Below are positions 19,845-29,683 of a stretch of 64,000 nt of DNA, one piece after another (position 1 is the first letter of the stretch; the number at the start of each line of letters is the position of its first letter). The DNA lies in NCBI GenBank assembly GCA_963792965.1, contig CAWBYW010000007.1:256001-320000 (forward strand). Reading direction: 5' to 3'. The position numbers and the translations under genes were made by a program. The notes beneath the pieces were generated by a model. It saw only the letters and a program-made list of their open reading frames with translations. It did not search any database and was not told the origin of the DNA. Origin of the DNA: an uncultured delta proteobacterium. GTDB lineage: Bacteria > Desulfobacterota > Zymogenia > Zymogenales > Zymogenaceae.

Positions 19845-20171
19845 CTAAAAATTGAGACCCGGGATGGGGAGTCCTCCCGTTACCTTGGACATTTCTTCTT
19901 TGACCATCTCCTGCGCCTTGGTTATCCCTTCATTGACGCCGGCCAGTACCAGGTCCTGCAGCATCTCGATGTCGTTAGGATCGATTACGTCTTTTTCTAT
20001 CTTAATGGAGATGACCTCAAGCCGGCCGCTGACGACGACCGTCACCATCCCGCCGCCGGATGACGCCTCCACGGTCTTGGTCGCCACTTCTTCCTGCACG
20101 CGCATGAGCTGTTGCTGCATTTTCTGGGCCTGTTTCATGATATCGCCCAGGCCGCCACCCATTCGGGCCAT
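19845..20171 (-). CDS. ybaB: YbaB/EbfC nucleoid-associated protein
   Basis: MKQAQKMQ, SGGGMV, DIEMLQDL; dnaX-ybaB-recR order. Confidence 0.95.
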   Translation of the reverse strand: MARMGGGLGDIMKQAQKMQQQLMRVQEEVATKTVEASSGGGMVTVVVSGRLEVISIKIEKDVIDPNDIEMLQDLVLAGVNEGITKAQEMVKEEMSKVTGGLPIPGLNF

Positions 20172-20186
20172 ATGCCTCCTCCTCTC

Positions 20187-21849
20187 TTATTTCTTGCCGG
20201 GGGTATATCCCTCCACCGTCACATCCGAAAACACCTTCTTGATATTTCTTGTCGTATCCGATTCGAGGAGATCTCCGGAAGGATCTTTCTTTTCCGAGAC
20301 CATCGGTACCTCTTCGCGCTCGGGCCCCTCATAGTGACCCCCTTCGACGCCGACGAGAGAAACCGCAAGCTCCCTCTTGAAATATTCCCGAAATTCGCTC
20401 TTGATCTTATCGAGCTTTCCCTGTCCCCCGATCAGGTGGGTATACTTTTGAGGCATCTTAATGACGACGACGTCCTCTTCGATATCGATCGAAACCGCGT
20501 GTATCAAGTATGAATGCGTTATCGGGTCCTTTCCGACGAGATAGGAAAGGAACGCCTTTATGCTGTCGGCAGAATTCGCATCCTTCTTTTCCTCACCGAC
20601 AGCCTCTTTTCCCTGCTCGGCTTGCACGGTCGGCGCCCGCTGTGTGCCCACCGGGGCCTGTGAGAAGTCAAAAGAGAGGGCCTTCGTATCAGATGGCGGT
20701 ATATCAAACGCCTTCATGTCCAGTCGGGAGAGCCTCTCGATCGCCTCCGCTATCGGCTCGACGTAGCCCATGCGGGTCATCTTGATGAGAAGGAGCTCCA
20801 TGGCGATTCGCGGGTCCGTGCTGGTCCTGATCGAAAACTCCGCCGAAAACAGGACATTGAAGATCAGCGTCAGCTCGTCGAGCGTGAGGGCGTTTCCGAT
20901 CTCGGTGAGCTCCTGTCGTTCCTCGGCCGTGAGGTCCGGCGTCGATATCGTGGGGGCCGCCTTTATGAGGAGCTGGTTTCGCATCAGGTCTACCAGCTCT
21001 CGGTAGTACTGGGCGATGTCATACCCCTGGTTATACACGTCGGACAAAAGATAGATTGCCAAGGACGCGTCCCGCCCCGCCAGCGCCGCCACCATCTTGA
21101 AAAGGAGGGAGCGGTCCGTCAGCCCTAACACCTCACGAACGGCCTCCTCCCCCAGCGTTGCCCCGGAGTAGCCGATTACCTGATCCAGGAGGCTTTGGGC
21201 GTCGCGCATGCTTCCCCCCGCCTCCCGCGCGATCACCGAAAGGGCGCCGCCCGATACCGCAATCCCCTCTTTTTCGGAGATTTCCAGGAGTCTCTTTTCG
21301 ATCTCCACGGCGCTGATCCTCCGAAAATCGAAGCGCTGTGTCCGCGAGAGGATCGTGATCGGGATTTTATGAGATTCGGTCGTCGCGAAATATAAAGATT
21401 ACATGGGACGGCGGCTCCTCGAGTATCTTGAGCAGCGCGTTGAAGGCGTTGATGGACAGCATGTGGACTTCATCGATGATGTAGATATTGTAGCGTCCCG
21501 CCGACGGCAGGTAACGGACGTTTTCCCTGAGCTCCCTGATATCGTCGACGCCCGTGTTCGAGGCCCCGTCGATCTCATAGACGTCGGTAACGCTCCCGTC
21601 GGTGATGCCTTTGCACATGGCGCATTCGTTACAGGGCTGGGGCGTCGGACCTTTTTCGCAGTTGAGCGCCTTGGCCAGGAGCCGCGCGACGGTGGTCTTC
21701 CCGACCCCGCGCGGGCCAGAGAAGAGATAGGCATGCGCGATCCTTCCCAGCGTGATCGCGTTTTTCAGCGTCCGGGTTACGTGCCCCTGGCCGACTACCT
21801 CTTCAAAGGTCTGCGGCCTGTATTTTCTCGCGATTACAAGGTATGACAT
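20187..21849 (-). CDS. dnaX: DNA polymerase III gamma/tau; apparent +1 frameshift near 21389
   Basis: [24 protein letters not shown]; deleting one T from ATA TTT CGC restores [23 protein letters not shown] and joins ORF 20187..21308. Confidence 0.93.
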
Positions 21850-21870
21850 CGTAGATTAAAAACGGATATG

Positions 21871-21978
21871 TGTGATAGCTAGGCGCCCCTGCGGCACACA
21901 GAGAGGACCTCTACCGCTGCTTCCTTCCGGACCTGACGGGGTTTGAGGACATCTATTGCACAGGACCCAGCTATCACA
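21871..21978 (-). ncRNA. ffs: SRP 4.5S RNA
   Basis: GTCAGGTCCGGAAGGAAGCAGC domain IV; long closing stem extends to about 21863-21986; lies upstream of dnaX. Confidence 0.93.
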
Positions 21979-22001
21979 GATATCCGCTTTGTGGCAGGTA
22001 G

Positions 22002-22092
22002 TGGCGGAGAGAGTGGGATTTGAACCCACGGTGCGTTATTAGCGCACACACGATTTCCAATCGTGCTCCTTAAGCCGCTCGGACATCTCTCC
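22002..22092 (-). tRNA. tRNA-Ser(GGA)
   Basis: GGAGAGA..CACGA-TTGGAAA-TCGTG, long variable arm, ends TCTCCGCCA. Confidence 0.96.
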
Positions 22093-22119
22093 ACTATTGA
22101 AACTGTGAGCTCTATATCC

Positions 22120-22213
22120 TGGCGGAGAGGGTGGGATTCGAACCCACGTGGGAGGTATAAGCCCCCAAGCCGATTTCGAGTCGGCCCCGTTACGACCACT
22201 TCGGTACCTCTCC
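22120..22213 (-). tRNA. tRNA-Ser(CGA)
   Basis: GGAGAGG..GCCGA-CTCGAAA-TCGGC, long variable arm, CCA end. Confidence 0.96.
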
Positions 22214-22222
22214 ATTGATACC

Positions 22223-22741
22223 CTATCGTCGCTCGAGAAAGAACCTGGTAAGGAGCAAACGTGCTTCCTCCTCAAGAACCCCCGCCGTCACCTCAACCCG
22301 GTGATTGAGCCGGGAATCTCCGAGGGTCTTGTAGAGAGAATCGACCGCGCCGGTCCTCGGATCGCCCACCCCATAGTAGAGACGCGCTATCCGCGCCTGC
22401 AGGATCGCCCCCGCGCACATCAGACACGGCTCGGCCGTTACATAGAGGTCAGCGCCCGCCAATCGGTAGTTCCCGATCCCGGCCGCCGCTTCTCGGAGGG
22501 CAATGATCTCGGCGTGCGCCGTCGGATCGGAGGTGGCGATCACCCGGTTTGCGCCCCTCCCGATGATCTTACCATCCATAACCACCACCGCGCCGATCGG
22601 GACCTCACCGTCTGAAAACGCCCTTTCGGCCTCCGCGAGGGCTGCCCTCATGAACTGGGCCGGATCCGAACGGTGCGTCTTTCCCGAGCCCGTAAACGGT
22701 GCGCCGCGCCCTTTACCTTTCCCCATTTTGTCAATGAACAA
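22223..22741 (-). CDS. tadA: tRNA adenosine(34) deaminase (start uncertain)
   Basis: [29 protein letters not shown]. Confidence 0.93.
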   Translation of the reverse strand: MFIDKMGKGKGRGAPFTGSGKTHRSDPAQFMRAALAEAERAFSDGEVPIGAVVVMDGKIIGRGANRVIATSDPTAHAEIIALREAAAGIGNYRLAGADLYVTAEPCLMCAGAILQARIARLYYGVGDPRTGAVDSLYKTLGDSRLNHRVEVTAGVLEEEARLLLTRFFLERR

Positions 22742-22874
22742 CGTGGCTAATCTTTTTATTATAGCACAAATCTCATTTTTTTCAACTGAAACTTCAGTAC
22801 CATCTTTGGGACGCCCACGGCCGTCTCACGCCTCACCGAAGTAACATAAATCTGCCCATATATCGAGGTCTAAA

Positions 22875-22952
22875 TGGTGCGCCCGGCAGGATTTGAACCT
22901 GCGGCCTACAGATTCGTAGTCTGGCGCTCTATCCGGGCTGAGCTACGGGCGC
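22875..22952 (-). tRNA. tRNA-Arg(ACG)
   Basis: GCGCCCG..CAGA-CTACGAA-TCTG..GGTTCAAATCC..GGGCGCACCA. Confidence 0.95.
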
Positions 22953-23194
22953 ACTGCAGGTAATTTTGGAATTTTACCTTTTCGCCCGTATCTTGTCAAG
23001 GCGAGAGTTGTGAAAAATGCACATGGGGATGTCGGCCTCCGCAGACCGGCCCGATTGGCTCAGTCAGTGGAGTCGCGAGGGATTCCACAGGACCTGTCTC
23101 GTCGGGACCTCGCGCTATCATGACACTCAAGACAGATATCTGGAAGCTCGTTGCTCCCCCGCGACCTACCGGACCGTGGTTATATCCGATACGG

Positions 23195-23344
23195 TCAGAC
23201 GTAATAGCGCGGCAACATGGAGGGAAGCGCCTTGATCTGCTGGCGCAGAAATATTTTTTTCGGCTTGCTCATCAACAGGTATCGGAGCCATCCCAAAAGG
23301 CCGAGCCCCACGATAACGGCAACGATAATCAATAGGACCTTCAT
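23195..23344 (-). CDS. 49-aa membrane microprotein, copy 2 (not in ORF track)
   Basis: MKVLLIIVAVIVGLGLLGWLRYLLMSKPKKIFLRQQIKALPSMLPRYYV; SD AAGGAGG; 32/49 identical to the copy at 24930..25079. Confidence 0.85.
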   Translation of the reverse strand: MKVLLIIVAVIVGLGLLGWLRYLLMSKPKKIFLRQQIKALPSMLPRYYV

Positions 23345-23357
23345 ATATCCCTCCTTC

Positions 23358-24863
23358 TTACTTTTCGTATTTTCGAATGAGCTCTTGTGCGATGATCGAT
23401 GAACAGATGACCGTCGGTACCCCGCCCCCCGGGTGCGTTGACGCCCCCACGAGGTAGAGCCCCTCGATACTCTTGGACTTGGCCGACGGGCGGAAGACGC
23501 CCGAGTGTCCCATGTCCTGGGCCAGGAGGTAGATGCCCCCCTCGGGGGCCAGGAGATCCCGCTCGAAATCCCTCGGCGTCCCGAGCATGGCCACCTCCAC
23601 GTGATCTTTCATCCCGGGCAGATAGGTGCGGTCAAAATAGTCGACATACTGTTCGGTCATCCTCTCCTTTTCCTTGTCCCAATCGGTCCCCGCAAGATGG
23701 TACGGCCCGAATAACGTCATCACAACCGTGTGGTGCCCCTTGGGCGCCATCCCGGGGTCCGAGTGGGTCTTCCAGCTGATGAGGCCCACCTGTCGGTCCG
23801 GCATCCGCTTTTCGATATTCATCTGATCATAGAAGAGATCGAATTCCTCGGGGGTCGCGGTCATGACGGAATGATGCGACTTAAGAGGGGGCGCCGTGTC
23901 AAGCCCGAGAAAGAACATAAGGGCAGACGGGGAGCTCTTCAGGCTCCTGACGCCACGGCGTGCCATCGGTCCGAGATGCTCCAGCCCGATCAGGTCGGTA
24001 TAGAGGGTTTTCGCGCTGATGTCGGAGACGATCACGTCGGCCGTTATGGATGTCCCATCGGCAAGCACGACCCCGCAGGCCCTCTTGTTTTTCACGATAA
24101 TCTTCTTTACAAGCATCCCGGTACGGAATTCCATGCCGGCCTTTTTGCTCACCCTCAGGATTGCCTCGGGGATCGCGATGAGGCCGCCTTTGCTATAGTA
24201 GAAGTCGTTGTGCTCGTTCCAGGGGAGTATAGAAAAGACCCCGGGGACAAGGGTGGGCGGCATCCCCATGAATGTCCCCTGGAAGCAGAGGATCTCCCGG
24301 ATAACGGGGTGTTTAAAATATTTATCCATCACCATCTGGTAGCTCGAGCCGAATAGTGCGCGATACTTTAAAAGCTTCGGCTCTTTTATGAACATGCCGA
24401 ACATGTCACCAAACGTGATCATCGGGGAATAAAAATAGGCCGGGATTACGCCGCTGAAGAAGTCCTCCATGTCGGCGGCATACCGAAACCAGCTCTTGGC
24501 GTCCTTGGGTGAAAGCTTCTTGAACTCCTCGGCTACCGCCTGACTGGAGGCCGGGTACGTAACCTCTGTCCCGTCCTTCAGGATATAGGTGTAGACCGGG
24601 TCTATGGGAATCAGGTCTACCTCCTTCGCAAGCGATGTTCCCATCCGCACAAAAAACTGGTCGATCACGTGCTCCATCTCGATGATGGACGTACCCACGT
24701 CAAACCGGTAGCCCTTGTGCTCGAAGGTGGAGCAAAACCCCCCGATCCGTTTGTTTTGCTCCAGTACGAGCGTCTTTCGGCCGTCTTTAGCCATGAGCCC
24801 GCCGAGGGAGAGACCCGCAATACCCCCCCCGATCACGATCACGTCATAGTCAGACATGCTCAC
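23358..24863 (-). CDS. CrtI/phytoene-desaturase-family FAD oxidoreductase, copy 2
   Basis: VIGGGIAGL Rossmann motif, GYRFDVG, KGGL, LYLVGASTHPGGGVP. Confidence 0.9.
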   Translation of the reverse strand: MSMSDYDVIVIGGGIAGLSLGGLMAKDGRKTLVLEQNKRIGGFCSTFEHKGYRFDVGTSIIEMEHVIDQFFVRMGTSLAKEVDLIPIDPVYTYILKDGTEVTYPASSQAVAEEFKKLSPKDAKSWFRYAADMEDFFSGVIPAYFYSPMITFGDMFGMFIKEPKLLKYRALFGSSYQMVMDKYFKHPVIREILCFQGTFMGMPPTLVPGVFSILPWNEHNDFYYSKGGLIAIPEAILRVSKKAGMEFRTGMLVKKIIVKNKRACGVVLADGTSITADVIVSDISAKTLYTDLIGLEHLGPMARRGVRSLKSSPSALMFFLGLDTAPPLKSHHSVMTATPEEFDLFYDQMNIEKRMPDRQVGLISWKTHSDPGMAPKGHHTVVMTLFGPYHLAGTDWDKEKERMTEQYVDYFDRTYLPGMKDHVEVAMLGTPRDFERDLLAPEGGIYLLAQDMGHSGVFRPSAKSKSIEGLYLVGASTHPGGGVPTVICSSIIAQELIRKYEK

Positions 24864-24929
24864 CTCTGCATATGGTGTTTGAGTTTCACTTTATCTTTTC
24901 GCGCCTCCCGTATCCGTCCGCTTTCATGC

Positions 24930-25079
24930 TCAGACGAAATAGCGCGGCAGCATAGAGGGCAGCGCCTTCAGCTGCTGCCTGAGGAAAACCTTCTTGGCTT
25001 TGCTCATAAAGAGATACCGGATAAACGCCAAAAGGGCGAGTCCCGCGGCCACCACAAGGACGATCCATACGGTTTTCAT
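24930..25079 (-). CDS. 49-aa membrane microprotein, copy 1
   Basis: MKTVWIVLVVAAGLALLAFIRYLFMSKAKKVFLRQQLKALPSMLPRYFV; SD GGAGG; it is the C-terminal part of track ORF 24930..25376. Confidence 0.85.
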   Translation of the reverse strand: MKTVWIVLVVAAGLALLAFIRYLFMSKAKKVFLRQQLKALPSMLPRYFV

Positions 25080-25101
25080 CTTTTCCTCCATCCAGTCTCG
25101 T

Positions 25102-26589
25102 TTATTCGTGTTTCTTGATGAGGTCGGCCGCGATAACCGCCGATGCCATTGCCGCGGGAACCCCGCCGCCGGGATGCGTCGAGCACCCGACAAGATAGAG
25201 CTGTTTGATGCTCTTTGACTTGGCCGCGGGCCTGAAGATAGTCGAGTGGGCCAAGTCCTGTGAAAAGAGATAGATGCCGCCCTGCGGGGCCATAACCTCC
25301 CGCTCAAAATCCTTCGGTGTGCCGAGGAAAGCGACCTTGACGTGATCCTTGATCCCGGGCAGATAGGTCTTGTCAAAATAGTTGATGTACTCCTCCGTCA
25401 GCGGTCCCTTGATCTCATCCCAATCCGGACGGTATGCCCCCCCGATGGTCAGGACGAGGGTGTGATAGCCCTTCGGCGCAAGGGAGGGATCCGAGATTGT
25501 CTTCCAGCTGAAAAGCCCGAACTGCTTCTTAACCACAGTTCCTTTTGAGAGTATATTGAAATAGAGATCGTCGATATCCTCCGGCGGCACGGTCGCAATG
25601 GTGTGATGGGACTTAAGCGGCGGCGCGGCATCGAGTCCAAGGAACATCATGAGGGCCGAGGCCGATATCTCGAGGCTTTTGACCCCCGCCCGCGCCATCG
25701 GGCCAAGGTGCTCAAACCCTATCAAATCCGTATAGAGGGTCTTGGCCGAGATGTCCGATACGACGACGTCGGCCGTGATCGATGTACCGTCGGCGAGGAC
25801 GACGCCGCACGCCTTCTTGTCCCGTATGATGATCTTCTTGACGAGCGTGCCGGTCTTTAGTTCCATGCCGGCGCTGCGCCCCAGTCGCTCGATCGCCTTC
25901 GGCACCGATATCAATCCGCCCTTGCAGTAGTAAAAACCCGTGTGCTCATTATAGGGGAGCATCGTCATGATGCCGGGCGCCAAGGACGGCGGCAGCCCCA
26001 TGAAATTGGCCTGAAAACAGAGGGCCTCGAGTATCCGGGGGTCCTTGAAGTATTTCTCCATTACCGTCTGGTAGCTGGTGGCAAAGAGCGGCAGATATTT
26101 CAGGAGCCTCGGGCTCTTGACGAACATCCCGATCAAGTCCTTGAAGGTGAGCATCGGAGAGAAGAAGAACGTGGGCACCGCCGCGTCTATGAAACCTTTC
26201 ATGTCCTCGGCGTACCGGAACCAGCTCCTGGCGTCGTCGGGAGAGAGCTTCTTGAACTCCTCGGCGACCGCCGCAGAAACGGCCGGATAGCGGATCTCGG
26301 TCCCGTCCTTGAGAAGATATGTGTAGACCGGATCAAGGGCAATCAGATCCACTTCCCGAGCGGTAGTCGTCCCCATGAGCGTGAAAAAGCGGTCGTAGAC
26401 CTCCACCATCTCGATAATCGAGGTCCCGATGTCAAACTGGAAGCCGTCGTGCTCAATGGTCGAGCAGAAACCTCCGATCCGTTTGTTTTGCTCCAGCACG
26501 AGGGTCTTTCGACCGTCCTTGGCCATAAGGGCGCTGATAGAAAGGCCGCCGATCCCGCCTCCGACAACAATGACATCATAATCGGCCAT
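25102..26589 (-). CDS. CrtI/phytoene-desaturase-family FAD oxidoreductase, copy 1
   Basis: MADYDVIVVGGGIGGL after AGGAG; LYLVGCSTHPGGGVP; clear paralog of 23358..24863. Confidence 0.9.
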   Translation of the reverse strand: MADYDVIVVGGGIGGLSISALMAKDGRKTLVLEQNKRIGGFCSTIEHDGFQFDIGTSIIEMVEVYDRFFTLMGTTTAREVDLIALDPVYTYLLKDGTEIRYPAVSAAVAEEFKKLSPDDARSWFRYAEDMKGFIDAAVPTFFFSPMLTFKDLIGMFVKSPRLLKYLPLFATSYQTVMEKYFKDPRILEALCFQANFMGLPPSLAPGIMTMLPYNEHTGFYYCKGGLISVPKAIERLGRSAGMELKTGTLVKKIIIRDKKACGVVLADGTSITADVVVSDISAKTLYTDLIGFEHLGPMARAGVKSLEISASALMMFLGLDAAPPLKSHHTIATVPPEDIDDLYFNILSKGTVVKKQFGLFSWKTISDPSLAPKGYHTLVLTIGGAYRPDWDEIKGPLTEEYINYFDKTYLPGIKDHVKVAFLGTPKDFEREVMAPQGGIYLFSQDLAHSTIFRPAAKSKSIKQLYLVGCSTHPGGGVPAAMASAVIAADLIKKHE

Positions 26590-26763
26590 GTCTCTCTTCT
26601 CCTGTCTATGAATAGATAAATTTGAGCGTCTTGCTCTAAAATCCCGCCACCGTTTCCTCGGACTATGACCGGCACACCGTCGAATTGATCGCAATCCGAG
26701 CATCGTCCGCCCGAAAGCCCCTTCCCTGAGCATCCTGTGCTGTCGGCTGCTACAAGTCTTTCT

Positions 26764-27405
26764 TTACAGACGCGCCTTCTCGTTGTCTCCCTGTGGTTTG
26801 ATAAGCGCCATGATCATCACTTTAAAATAGGCGAAAAATGACGCGGTATCGGTCGCCTCCCGCGCTATGGAATAGGACATGGCAAATCCGTTGGCCATCG
26901 CCAGCATGATCGAGGCAAGAACATCCTCGTCTCTATCGAGCGAAAATTCTCCATCCTTTTTCGCCCGTCGAAACACATCGGCCGTCAGCTCCTTGATATA
27001 GACGTGCTGGGAGAATATCTCCTCTTTTCGCTTCGGGTTTTGGAGGCCAAGTATCGTCAGCTCCATGACGACGGTGAACCAATTGGGGTTCTTCTGTATG
27101 AACGTGTGAAATGACTCGATGAGCAGGTCGATTCTTTCTCCGATGGGAAGGGGCGCGTTCAGGACGGAAAGGGCGATATCGAGATATTCCGACATCGCAA
27201 ATCGGTAAATCTCACCGACCAGCTCATCCTTGTCTTTGAAATAGTAGTGGAGAAGCGCCTTGCTGATCCCCGCCTCACCCGCGATATCGGACAGCGAAAC
27301 GTTCACAAAGCCCTCGCGTCCCATGATGTTATAGGCTGATCGTATAATCGCCTGCACCCGCTCGGGTCTTTGACCTTTTTCTTCTTTTATGGCTTTCTGG
27401 GTCAT
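26764..27405 (-). CDS. TetR/AcrR-family regulator
   Basis: SLSDIAGEAGISKALLHYYFKDKDEL helix-turn-helix. Confidence 0.93.
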   Translation of the reverse strand: MTQKAIKEEKGQRPERVQAIIRSAYNIMGREGFVNVSLSDIAGEAGISKALLHYYFKDKDELVGEIYRFAMSEYLDIALSVLNAPLPIGERIDLLIESFHTFIQKNPNWFTVVMELTILGLQNPKRKEEIFSQHVYIKELTADVFRRAKKDGEFSLDRDEDVLASIMLAMANGFAMSYSIAREATDTASFFAYFKVMIMALIKPQGDNEKARL

Positions 27406-27433
27406 GATAGTGATCCTCGTCTTGGTCCTGAAG

Positions 27434-27459
27434 TTCCTGACTGGCCGGCCGATCAGGAA
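27434..27459. promoter_or_regulatory. Palindrome, candidate TetR operator
   Basis: TTCCTGA-CTGGCCGGCCGA-TCAGGAA just downstream of the tetR promoter. Confidence 0.6.
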
Positions 27460-27470
27460 TTGACGTGCTA

Positions 27471-27499
27471 ATGGTAATAAAGACCTGCCTCCATGTCAA
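27471..27499 (-). promoter_or_regulatory. sigma70-type promoter for tetR
   Basis: TTGACA-17 nt-TACCAT. Confidence 0.65.
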
Positions 27500-27882
27500 G
27501 AAAATAGATGACTGTTCGTAAGAATATCCCCATCCCTCCATTTTCCTGCTGCATATCGACGTGCCGGGGAGATAGACGGCCGATCACCCGTTAAGCCGTG
27601 CGACCCTCGTCGAAACATGGGTTTGAGCCGCCTACTCCATGACCTTCCCGGCACCGCCCCTGTAGTCTCCCGTCATCGATCTGCTACGACGCGGCCGTCT
27701 CTGCTCGTCACGCTTCTACCTTGGCCTCCCCGTGACCCTGAACACATCGCGACGTAAGCCGAATTATTATTAGGTATGCCTAATGATGCTGCGGGGAGCG
27801 CAGGTTGTCTCGTCGGAAGGTATGGGTGTTTCGTCACGACGCCTTGTTGATACTCAATTTTTCGTATTGGATGTAAAGGATA

Positions 27883-27911
27883 TTGACAGGAATCGAGCGA
27901 CCTGTTATGTT
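27883..27911 (+). promoter_or_regulatory. sigma70-type promoter for the MBL hydrolase
   Basis: TTGACA-17 nt-TATGTT. Confidence 0.65.
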
Positions 27912-27931
27912 ACAGAGACTTTTCACAGAGG

Positions 27932-28606
27932 ATGACCATGAAGATCACCGAAAACCTCTTCGCCTACCCCTGGACGAGCATGTGGGAAAACAACTGTAAC
28001 AGCTACTACGTCGGTGACGACGCCCAGATCCTGATAGATCCCGGGCTCCTGATATCATTTCCCGAGCTGGTCAAAGGCCTTTCGCGCGACGGAATCGACG
28101 TCGACACCGTCCGCTACGTTCTGATCACTCATTCGCATCCCGATCATTTTGAGGCGGTCGAGCGTTTTTTTAACAGGGATGACGTGAAAATTCTTATGGC
28201 CGCGGAGGAAGTCCGGTTCATGGAAGATATCGGCATGAAGTTCTACCCCGCCTTCGGTCTCGATGTTCCCGAGTACCGCATCGATCAAGAACTCGAGCCC
28301 GGGCCCATAACCCTCGGCAGCGAAACGTTCGAGGTTTTCCTCACACCGGGCCACTCCCCCGGCTCCCTGTGTCTCTATTGGCCGAAGGAAAAGGCGCTTT
28401 TCTCGGGGGATCTGATCTTTAATAAGAACGTCGGCAGGACCGATTTCCCCGGCGGCAACGGCAAGCTCCTCAAGGAAAGCATCGAGCAGATCGCCGAGCT
28501 CGATATCGAATATCTCTTGCCGGGCCATATGGAGATGGTCGCGGGGAAACAGGAAGTAGAAAAGAATTTTGAGATCGTCAAACGGGCGGTCTTTCCCTAT
28601 CTCTAA
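27932..28606 (+). CDS. MBL-fold metallo-hydrolase
   Basis: THSHPDH, TPGHSPG, FSGD, GRTDFPGG, LPGH. Confidence 0.92.
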   Translation: MTMKITENLFAYPWTSMWENNCNSYYVGDDAQILIDPGLLISFPELVKGLSRDGIDVDTVRYVLITHSHPDHFEAVERFFNRDDVKILMAAEEVRFMEDIGMKFYPAFGLDVPEYRIDQELEPGPITLGSETFEVFLTPGHSPGSLCLYWPKEKALFSGDLIFNKNVGRTDFPGGNGKLLKESIEQIAELDIEYLLPGHMEMVAGKQEVEKNFEIVKRAVFPYL

Positions 28607-28659
28607 CTGTCCGGAGGTGCGTCTCCGTATCGTTCCTGTCGAAACGGGCGGTCCGCGGA

Positions 28660-29610
28660 CTATTTTGAGAGCTTACTGACTCCTCCCCAGCATCCGATCC
28701 AGATCGTCCCCTCCCCGTCTATCACAAGAGACGTCACCCGATCATCCACGATGCCGCTTTCCGTGTTGAGAAATTTCCACTCCTTGCCGTCGTAGATGCC
28801 GACCCCTCCACCCCAGAAACCGACCCACAGATTCCCATCCCCGTCCATCCGGATCGACGTGACCTCGTTTGAGAGGAGGCCGCTCTTGACCGTGAAGGTC
28901 TTTTTTACCTTTCCGTCCGACAGCAGGCAGAGCCCCATCGCGGTGCCGACCCACGTATCGCCGTTCTTGTCGAACTGGAGAGCCGTGATGAGATTGGAGG
29001 GAAGGCCGGATGTCTTGTCGATAATCTCCATTTTCCCGCTCTTGATGATCCCGATGCCCATGTTGTAGGTCCCTATCCAGAGGTCACCTCCGGGATCCTT
29101 AACGATTCGGTTAATGACAGGGGTTATCGCGTCCTCGCCGAACCCGAGCTTTGCCCAGCGCTGGCCGTCAAACACCCCCAGCCCCGACTGCGTGCCCGCC
29201 CAAATGTTGCCGTCCGGCCCAACCGCGATATCATAGATGACGTCGCTTGGCAGGCCGTCCTTCGCCCGGTAGGTCTTCCACTTCCCGTCGTATACCGAGA
29301 TACCGTTCTGCGTCCCAAACCAGAGTCTTCCGGAATTATCCTCGGCCATCGAGGTCACGAGGTCGTCGGCCAGCCCGTCTTTGGCCCGATAAATCGTCCA
29401 GCCCTTGTCGTACTTGAGAACGCCGCCCTCGGTGCAGAGCCAGACCGCCCCCTGAAGGTAGTATATATTGGTAACGGCGTTCTGATCCTTGACCTTGCTG
29501 ACGATGTTCTCGATCTTCATGAGGTTCTGCGCCCGAGCCGGTACGCCGCCGATACCATAGGAAAACAAACAGACAGCCGACAACATCACTAAAAATCTTT
29601 TTGCGATCAT
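28660..29610 (-). CDS. Secreted beta-propeller (Reg_prop repeat) protein
   Basis: Signal peptide; repeated GL.S..V.....D..G.LW.GT units. Confidence 0.85.
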   Translation of the reverse strand: MIAKRFLVMLSAVCLFSYGIGGVPARAQNLMKIENIVSKVKDQNAVTNIYYLQGAVWLCTEGGVLKYDKGWTIYRAKDGLADDLVTSMAEDNSGRLWFGTQNGISVYDGKWKTYRAKDGLPSDVIYDIAVGPDGNIWAGTQSGLGVFDGQRWAKLGFGEDAITPVINRIVKDPGGDLWIGTYNMGIGIIKSGKMEIIDKTSGLPSNLITALQFDKNGDTWVGTAMGLCLLSDGKVKKTFTVKSGLLSNEVTSIRMDGDGNLWVGFWGGGVGIYDGKEWKFLNTESGIVDDRVTSLVIDGEGTIWIGCWGGVSKLSK

Positions 29611-29683
29611 ACACCTCTCCGGCCGAATATAAGGCTACTATAGTATCAGACGGTGCCCGGATCAGTCAAGGGATGGTTTTTGT

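Noticed and set aside
21360-21400. Programmed dnaX frameshift producing gamma and tau
   Set aside because: The shift is at about codon 154, inside the ATPase domain, with no slippery A-run; it matches the other +1 errors
23358-26589. Carotenoid or hopanoid biosynthesis cluster
   Set aside because: No phytoene/squalene synthase, prenyltransferase or cyclase is in the window
28660-29610. Repetitive DNA or CRISPR-like periodicity
   Set aside because: The repeats are protein-level propeller blades; no identical direct-repeat/spacer array was seen in the window
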